Below, piece after piece: positions 34,052-41,716 of a stretch of DNA of 41,716 nt. The DNA lies in NCBI GenBank assembly GCA_000388065.2, contig KB932212.1; one strand, written 5' to 3'. Position 1 is the stretch's first letter. Every line of letters begins with the position of its first letter. Origin of the DNA: Fonticula alba ATCC 38817. Lineage: Eukaryota; Protista; Nucleariida. The position numbers and the translations under genes are program-made. The notes beneath the pieces were generated by a model. That model was not told where the DNA came from and made no database searches. It saw only the letters and a program-made list of their open reading frames with translations.

Positions 34052-34664
34052 GCACGTCCACCTGGCCGTGGGTTTGGGGGGGGGGCTGTGTTGCCTGGGT
34101 GCCTTTGGCGCGGGCAGGGCCCCGAGACACCCCTGGACCTCAAGGGGAGGGGCGGGGGGGGGCTGCGCTGGACATCCGGAAGGGGGTGCAGCGCGCGCCG
34201 CGTGCCGGCCCTTGGCGCAATCACCCCGCTCGTGCGATCTCCCACCTCAGCACGTCCACCCCCGGGGCTGGCAGAGGTGCGGCGCCGCAGACGCGCGGAT
34301 GCCCCCCCCCCCTTGCTGCGGAGATCGTCCTGGCCTCCCTGCTTTTTGCCTCTCTACTTCCCCCACTTCTCGGGCCGATCTCCATGCTCCCCAGCACGCC
34401 CCCGCGGCCGGCGGCCGGTGCCCCCTTTTTCGGCCAGCGATCCTACGCCCCGAGGCGACCGCCGGGGCGCCCTTCCGCCGAGCCCAGTCCCACCGATCAA
34501 GCATCGTACGACCAGGCGTTCCTCCTCCTCCTCCTCCTCCTCCTCCTCCTCCTCCTCAGCCTCCTCACTTCCGCCCCCCACGCACACACTCACTCACTCC
34601 CCTCCCCCCCCCACACACACCCACACACACAAACACACAGGACGCTGCCAGCTCCAAGAACATC

Positions 34665-36377
34665 ATGACCGACACCACTACCCCCGTCGCCGCCACCGAG
34701 CCCGTGGTCGCCGCCACCGCGGAGACCCCCGCCGCCACCCCCGCCGCCACCCCCGCCGCCAAGCCCAAGAAGGAGAAGCCCGCCAAGAAGGACAAGGCCC
34801 CGGCCGCCGGCAAGGACAAGGCCGCCGGCAAGGACAAGGGCCAGACCGCCGTGGCCGGCGGCGTGGACGCCGACAAGACCACCGCCTTCAACGACTGGTA
34901 CCAGCAGGTCATCACCCGCGGCGAGCTCATCGACTACTACGACATCTCCGGGTGCTACATCCTCCGCCCCAACGCCTTCGCCATCTGGGCCGCCATCCAG
35001 AAGTGGTTCGGCGGCGAGATCGCCAAGCTCGGCGTCGAGGATGCCTACTTCCCGATGTTCGTCTCCAAGGCCCGCCTGGAGCTGGAGAAGGACCACATCG
35101 AGGGCTTCGCCCCGGAGGTGGCCTGGGTCACCAAGTCCGGCGACTCGGACCTGGCCGAGCCGATCGCCGTCCGCCCCACCTCCGAGACCGTCATGTACCC
35201 GGCCTACGCCAACTGGATCCAGTCCCACCGCGACCTGCCCCTGCGGCTGAACCAGTGGTGCAATGTCGTCCGCTGGGAGTTCAAGCATCCCCAGCCCTTC
35301 ATCCGCACGCGCGAGTTCCTCTGGCAGGAGGGCCACACCGCCTTCGCCACGCTGGAGGAGGCCGCCGCCGAGGTCCTCCAGATTCTGGACCTCTACGGTC
35401 GGGTGTACACCGACCTGCTGGCCGTGCCCGTGGTCCCGGGCAAGAAGTCCGAGAAGGAGAAGTTCGCCGGTGGCTACTACACCACCACCGTCGAGGCGTT
35501 CATCCCCACCACCGGCCGCGCCGTTCAGGGCGCCACTTCCCACTGCCTTGGGCAGAACTTCGCCAAGATGTTCGACATCACCTTCCAGGACCCGGCCAAC
35601 CCGACCGGCGACAAGCTCCACGCTTGGCAGAACTCCTGGGGCCTGACCACCCGCACCATCGGTGTCATGATCATGGTCCACGGTGACAACAAGGGCCTGG
35701 TCCTGCCCCCGCGCGTGGCCTCCACCCAGGTCGTGGTCATCCCCTGTGGCCTGACCGCTCGGACGTCCGAGGAGGACCGGCAGAAGCTCCTGGCCAAGGT
35801 GGCCGAGGTCCAGGCCGCCCTGGCCGACGCCGGTGTCCGTGTCAAGACCGACGTCCGTGACAACTACACCGTCGGCTGGAAGTTCAACAACTGGGAGATG
35901 AAGGGCACCCCGGTGCGCATTGAGATCGGCCCGCGCGATCTGGCCAACGGCCAGTGCGTCGCCGCTCGTCGTGACACCGGCGACAAGGCCACCCTCTCGC
36001 TGGACACCCTGGCCACCGAGATCCCGGCCCTGCTGGACACCATCCACAATGACATGCTGGCCCGCGCCACCGCCGAGCGCGATGCCCACATCCTGACCAC
36101 CATCACCTGGGCCGACTTCACCGCCGCCCTGGCCAAGAAGTCCATGGCCCTGGCCCCCTGGTGCGAGGAGGTTGCCTGCGAGGAGGAGGTCCGCCGTCGG
36201 TCGGCCATCACCGCCGCCGCCGAGAGCGCCGAGTCCGACGAGAAGGCCCCCAGCATGGGCGCCAAGTCCCTGTGCATCCCCTTCGCCCAGCCCGCCGACC
36301 AGGACATCTCCAAGCATGTGTGCTTCCAGTGCGGTGCCGCCGCCAAGAGCTTCACCCTCTTCGGTCGCAGCTACTAA
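34665..36377 (+). CDS. ProRS: Cytosolic (eukaryote/archaea-type) prolyl-tRNA synthetase, 570 aa, no intron in the CDS
   Basis: [25 protein letters not shown], motif 2 [29 protein letters not shown], motif 3 [12 protein letters not shown]...[10 protein letters not shown], anticodon-binding domain, and a C-terminal Zn domain ending FGRSY*. Probable 5-prime UTR intron 34507-34640. Confidence 0.97.
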   Translation: MTDTTTPVAATEPVVAATAETPAATPAATPAAKPKKEKPAKKDKAPAAGKDKAAGKDKGQTAVAGGVDADKTTAFNDWYQQVITRGELIDYYDISGCYILRPNAFAIWAAIQKWFGGEIAKLGVEDAYFPMFVSKARLELEKDHIEGFAPEVAWVTKSGDSDLAEPIAVRPTSETVMYPAYANWIQSHRDLPLRLNQWCNVVRWEFKHPQPFIRTREFLWQEGHTAFATLEEAAAEVLQILDLYGRVYTDLLAVPVVPGKKSEKEKFAGGYYTTTVEAFIPTTGRAVQGATSHCLGQNFAKMFDITFQDPANPTGDKLHAWQNSWGLTTRTIGVMIMVHGDNKGLVLPPRVASTQVVVIPCGLTARTSEEDRQKLLAKVAEVQAALADAGVRVKTDVRDNYTVGWKFNNWEMKGTPVRIEIGPRDLANGQCVAARRDTGDKATLSLDTLATEIPALLDTIHNDMLARATAERDAHILTTITWADFTAALAKKSMALAPWCEEVACEEEVRRRSAITAAAESAESDEKAPSMGAKSLCIPFAQPADQDISKHVCFQCGAAAKSFTLFGRSY

Positions 36378-37379
36378 ATTCACACGCCCGACACGCCCAA
36401 ACCGCCGCCACATGGGGGCAGGGCCGGCGAGCGAGGCCCGGGAGCGGCACGCGGGGGGGGGGGGGCCCTCTCTGATGCCCGGGGTGGGGATGTGACTCCA
36501 GCCCTCTGTCCCCCCCCCCCCAGGGATGCGTTTTCTGCCGACCGAGGTCGATGGGGATGCCGGTCAGGGCAGGCGTGCCCCGCCTGGGAACGCAGAAAAT
36601 GTGCTCCCTCCTGCGGCTCGCGCGTCCCTGTTTCGGGCGCGAGCAAAAAGATCTATGGCTGAGTTTTTGGGGGCTGGGCGAACACGCCATTCGATCCCCC
36701 CCATGCTTGCCTGTTTGTGGGCAGCCTTGTGTTTTTGTCTAGATGCCTGCCTGTTGGTCAGCATGCGTGCCTCTTTGACTCCATGCGTGCGCGCCTGTCT
36801 GCTTGCCAGCCGCTCCGGGGGCCGAGTGGGGAGGGGGCGGGGGGGGCCCCAAAACCCCTGGCCGGCCTGCGCCCGCCTGGTTCCCGGGCATGCACCCCCC
36901 CCCCCTCCCCTCCCCCCCGTTCCTCTTCCCTTGTCTGTTGGATGGGGAGGGGCGCTCTGTTCACACCGCGCCAGGGGGGGGGAATGTCCCTTCCTCTGTC
37001 CCCGTCCCTCTGCCCGAAGCTGCGGCAAAACACGCCAGTCAAACAAGAATACACTGTGTCCCCCCCCCATCGTTTCTCTCCTTCCTCCCCCACTTGTCTC
37101 GGATGCAATGCCCCACCCGACGCGCCCCAGGCGAAGAGGAGGCACGCCTACACCGGATGCCCGGCAGCCACTTTACCCGCGCGTCGAAGGGGGCAGAGAC
37201 CCATCGGGGAATGTATTGCTCGACATATTGCCCCCCCCCCCCGCCGGGATGGACGTTCGCCCATTGGGGTACCATTCATGGACGGCAGAGGGCGGCACGA
37301 GCGACGAGGGGGGGGGGGCGCGCTTGCCGAGCGAGCGAGGGGTGGCGAGGAGAAGCCAGACCGACGCGCGCACACACAC

Positions 37380-37412
<33 letters not shown>

Positions 37413-37666
37413 CGTAGACAGGGAAAAGCCAAGGAAAGGAGGACATTGTGGTGACGGGGAAAAGGAGGGGCAAGTACACCACCACGATCCCCGAGAAGGG
37501 GGAGGGGGAGGATGGCCGTGATGGCAAGGAGGGAGCAGGGGCGGGGCGGGGCGGCTCTCGCACTGCGCTCGCAAGCACACACACACGCACACACATACAC
37601 ACATACACCCCCCCCCCCCCCTTTGCCCCGGTGCTTTTTCCCGCCCACACCAGGCAACTGGGCCTT

Positions 37667-39578
37667 TCACCGGAACTGCGACGGGCCACGCGGCTTGAGC
37701 GAGGCACCAAACATGCTGGCCGCCGCCGACACCGAGGTCACGCCGCTGCTGGTGTCAATCTCATGGCCGGAGTCCTGCGACGAGCCGGAGGCCGCCTCGG
37801 GCGTCGACGACGAGGAGGCCGCAGCCGCCGGGGGCGGCGGCCGCGCGAACCCCGCCCGCGGCCCGAAGTTCGGCCCACCGCCGGCAGTGGGCTTCTCCGG
37901 CAGTGGGGGCTGCGGCCGAGCCATGGGCTTCGGCGGGGGAGCCATCGCCGCCTCGCTGCCCCCACCGAAGGCCGGACGCGGCTTCGGCGGAGGAGCCATC
38001 GCCGCCTCGCTGCCCCCGCCGAAGGCCGGACGCGGCTTGACCGGCGGCGCGGCCAGCTCGCTGACCGCCGTCGATGGCGCCGACGCGAACACCGGCGAGG
38101 AAGGCTTGTTCGGTGGCACCGGCGGCGGCGAGCCGGCCGGCGAGCCGGGGGGCGAGGTGAACGGCGACCCACCCCCGCCCGGCATGGTGGTGGTCTTCAC
38201 CGGCGGCGGGACAAAGCCCCCGGTGGCGTAGGCCGGCTTGGCCGGCACCGAGGGCTTCGGCGGGGGGGCCGGCCCGCCGCCAAAGGCCGACACCGGCTTC
38301 TCCCCGCCGGCCGCCGATGATGACACCGCCGCCGCAAACGGCGAAGCGGGCTTCCCTGGCCCCGGGCCCGGCGCCGCATCACCCGGCGCCGGGCCAGCCA
38401 GGGCCAGAATGGCCGCCATCACATCGGACGGCGCCTCGGTCGACAGACCGGTGGGCTTGGCCGGCTTGGCCGGCTTCTTCGGCGGCGGCACCGGCGGCGT
38501 GGAAGGGGTCGTCACGGCCCCCGGCTCGCTCGGCGGCAAGTCCCCCGTGGAGATGGTGGCCACGCTGGCCTTCATCGGCCCCGGGGCGAAGGAGCTCACA
38601 TCCTCCGCCACGACCGCCGTGTAGATGGACTCGCGATGGCTGGGCCGCGGCTTGGGCGGCACGGCCCCAGGACCCGACTCGGACCCGGTCGCCACGGCCG
38701 CCGGAGCAGCCGCAATCTCATTGGCATACTCTTCCTCCTCCTTGCGCTTCTGCTGCTGGATCTCCTGCTCCTTCTCCACGAGCTTCTTGAACCCGGAGGT
38801 ACCCCCACGCATGACCTCCTCGAAGGCCTTGCGCCCGGCGGCCTCGGCGTCGGCCTTGGACGCGCCGGCGGCCGTGGCCTCGCGAATGGCCACCCGCTGG
38901 GCACGCTTGGCCTGCATGCACATGCACATGCACATGCACAGCAGCCCAGTGGCGACAGCACCGGCCGGCGACCGGGACCCGCAAGCCGATGGTCAATACG
39001 ATGCAACCGCCAAAGCGAATACCACGACCAGGCAAAACACCATCGCCCGCCCCCTCCCCGAAGCCCGGGAGACCACAGGCGCGCGGGCGAGAAAAACCCA
39101 GGCCCACAACAGCCACAGGCAGCAGAGCATGGGACAGCAGCACGCACCTCGGCGTCCAGCTGCGCGGCATTCAGCTCGCGCAGGGCCCGGCGATCGCCAT
39201 CCATGCGCAGCAGACGCTGGTCCACGCGATCCGGGTTGGCCACCACGAAGCGCCGGTTGTGCGCGTCATTCATGGTCTTGGCCCAGAGGTCAATCTCATC
39301 CTGCGAATCGGCGCTGAAATAGATCAACGCCGGCGGCACGATGTCGGCATTGGTGGCCGCGCTGTTGCTGTTCACCGGCCGCGGCTTGGAGGGGATCGGC
39401 GCCCAGGCATCACCGAGCGACAGGCGCGACCGGTGGCGCAGCGCAAACCCGAAGTTGGTCGGCTGCTTCGAGCGACGAACCGAGAAGTGGTACAGCTCGT
39501 AGTCGGTCCAGTCACAGAGGAAGGTCTCGCCAGCGAGCTGGACCCCCCCCCCCGCACACAGGCCAGGCACGGGTTCCC

Positions 39579-39611
<33 letters not shown>

Positions 39612-41539
39612 GGAGAGGGGGAGGGAGGGAGAAAGAGGAAAGGCAGCCGCGGCAAGCCGGGACAGGGGAAGGGGGCAAGGTCATGAGGGGATCAGTGGCC
39701 GAAGTCCGGGCAAAGTCCAAAGTGGCACGCGCATCAGAGGCACACGAGGCGGCCGCAGCGGCCGGGACGCACGCGCGTGTCCGAGAAGTGGTACAGGCCG
39801 GCCTGGCGGAGCTCGAAATACCGGCGAGCCCACTTGCCGGTGCCGGAGTTCGGCGGCAGCGGCGTCGGGTCCGGGCCGTCCGACGGATGCAGGGCCGGCA
39901 CCTGGGTGCCGGTCTCAAAGTGGAAGGTCCCGTTGACCATGCTGAATTCCGGGATGTAGCCCGTGATCGGGCCGGCCCCCTTCGGCGTCGGCCGCAGGGC
40001 AATGTAATTCGAAGAGTACCGCTCCCAGCTGTCCATCACGCTGAGAACACACTCAAAGGGCCGGAGGGGGCGCTCTGTCGGCCCACATGTGTGCACGGCC
40101 ACGCGGGCCGGGAGAGACAGAGAGAGAGGGGGGGGGGGGAGGGAGAGAGGGCCCCGCACAACGGGCAGACCCCCGCAAGCAAACGGACAACCCGGCATGT
40201 TAGACCTCAGGCGGCTTGACAGGGTGCGCGCACGCGCGAACCGCAACCCGGCACATGATGGGAGGACCCCCCGGGAGGGGGGGGGGGGGGGCGGATCGGC
40301 TCCCAGGGCGCGAGGCCCACGCACCGATGCCATAATCGGCGCACACCTCAAAGAGGACATACGCGCCGCGAGTGTACTCCAGCAGGTGACGCTCGCAGGC
40401 GTGGCGAATGGCCTTCAAAGGCGGGGAGGAAGAGCGGGGACAGGACGAAAAGAAGAAAGAGAGAACCGACCGATGTTAGAACGGCATGGCGGGGGCGGCA
40501 GGGCAGGTAAGGGGGGGGGGGGGGGGGGGGGGGGCCCCCGGCGCGAGTCGCTCCGTCGCGCGTGTCCCCCCTGCCTCCCCCGGGCCCTGGTGCAGCATAC
40601 CTCCTCCATGGACATCTCCGAGGTCAGGGTGCAGGTCTTGTACTCGCCGCCTTCGGTCTGGAGCAGGGCGCTCGAGGCGCCTCGGCGGAAGGAAGACAGC
40701 AGCCCGCCGCTGCTGGGGGCGGGCGCGGCCGCGGCGTCGCCCTCGGCCGGGCGGCGATAGAACACACGGATGTGGGACTTCCGCACGCTGGCGGCCTTCA
40801 TGCGCTCCAGGGCCGCCTCGATCTCCGCGTCGCGGACCTTGGCCCGGGCCTCCGGATCGTGGTCCTTGGCGATGTCATCGACAATCTTGTCCAGCCCGGA
40901 CAGGATGTCATCCTGGGGGGGAGGAAGACACCGAGCCGAGGGCATACTGGTTAGATGGGGCAATGGGGTGGCGGAGGGAGCGGGCGCTCCCGCTCGCCCT
41001 CCCAAGGCAAAGGATCCGGCAGCGCACCATGTTGCCGGTGATGTCGATGACGATGTCCTCCTCGGGCTCGAGGGGAGGCGTGGCCGAGGGGGGGAGGCCG
41101 CCGGCGGCGGCACGCGCCGCCGCAGTCTCGGCGCGCGAGAGCACGCGCACGCCCGGCGCCGCAGCCGCGGCCAGCGTCGCCAACGAGGACTCGGCCGGCG
41201 CCGCGGCCGGTGCCGGAGCCGCGGCAGGGGTCGGGTCGGCGGGGAGCTATGGCCAAGCGAGAGGGGAGAGAGAGAGAGAGGGGGGGGGGGCGGTGTCAGC
41301 ACGAGACACAGGGCGAGGCACTGAGTGGGGGAGAGGGAGAGAGGGCAGGGGTGGGACACACCATGTCGGCGAATTCCTGGTTCCGGCAAAGGGGCAAAGA
41401 TGTGTTAGTGATCATGCCGAGAGGAAGGCCACCAAGAGTCAGCCAGCCAAGCGCAGGAGGGGAGACACACCAGGTCCAGAGAGGCAAGCTGCTCGGCCAG
41501 ACTGCCCATCAGGGCATCGAGCTCATCAACACCGGCCAT
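37667..41539 (-). CDS. RA-PH adaptor with MRL-family (RIAM/lamellipodin/MIG-10) architecture, 8 exons, about 879 aa
   Basis: Exons 41539-41471, 41376-41362, 41246-41028, 40912-40601, 40412-40325, 40074-39773, 39537-39148 and 38911-37667 total 2640 nt in phase. Pre-RA helix AEIEAALERMKAASVRKSHIRVF; RA YVLFEVCADYGIERPLRPFECVLSVMDSW; PH KWARRYFELRQAGLYHF...KQPTNFGFALRH...EIDLWAK; Pro-rich tail. Confidence 0.8.
37926..38038. repeat. 54-bp in-frame tandem duplication in the adaptor tail (APPPKPRPAFGGGSEAAM x2)
   Basis: Period of 54 (37926 vs 37980) with two substitutions, so not an exact-copy artefact. Confidence 0.9.
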
Positions 41540-41627
41540 GGCTGTGGGCGGACTTCAGGAAAGGCGGCAGGCGAGGAGAAGGAGGAGAGAGACGGGCGGG
41601 GGGGGGAGGGGGGGGGGGGGGGGCGCA

Positions 41628-41662
<35 letters not shown>

Positions 41663-41716
41663 GGAAGGGGGGGGGGGGGGGGGGGGGGGGGGAATTGTCG
41701 CGGCAACCCGCGACGG

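Noticed and set aside
34140-34142. In-frame TGA as selenocysteine
   Set aside because: Low-complexity context, no CxxU-type motif and no SECIS seen.
33413-34664. Poly-Gly N-terminal extension of ProRS (ORF 33777-36377)
   Set aside because: It reads through a homopolymer and a probable UTR intron. ATG 34665 has good context and marks the start of gene-like codon usage.
41594-41692. Poly-G tracts (also 15349-15380) as a distinct element
   Set aside because: Homopolymers are pervasive in this genome and short-read lengths are unreliable; no flanking element structure was seen.
22-41706. Most overlapping Pro/Arg/Gly/Ala-rich ORFs in the six-frame track
   Set aside because: Stop codons are rare at this GC content. 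These are shadow frames of real exons or read-through across introns, homopolymers and N-gaps.

Overview
GC-rich, intron-rich eukaryotic genomic DNA from a draft scaffold with 7 N-gaps. The gene set (stand-alone ProRS, DLT1-like gene, fungal-type PDK) suggests a unicellular opisthokont; Fonticula alba is my guess and is not verifiable here. I can support 10 spliced or intronless protein genes: DLT1/NICE-3-like, CDC23, PDK, SYF2, LSM6, GCN20/ABCF3, a probable divergent DENN protein, MED6, NDC1 and ProRS. An eleventh gene encodes an RA-PH adaptor. There are three tRNA genes (Ala-AGC, Cys-GCA, His-GTG). The most interesting gene is the RA-PH adaptor (37667-41539, minus). After exon reconstruction it has MRL-family (RIAM/lamellipodin) architecture, including an N-terminal LD-type motif on a tiny exon that the ORF track does not show. 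Other leads: a TATA-led, T6-terminated AT-rich candidate ncRNA beside SYF2; a cryptic spliced minus-strand unit between NDC1 and ProRS; and large low-complexity expansions in NDC1, MED6 and PDK. Three local duplications are probably assembly artefacts, one containing an Illumina adapter. Bases 1-4440 could not be assigned. All family calls are by eye from recalled motifs; no searches were run.
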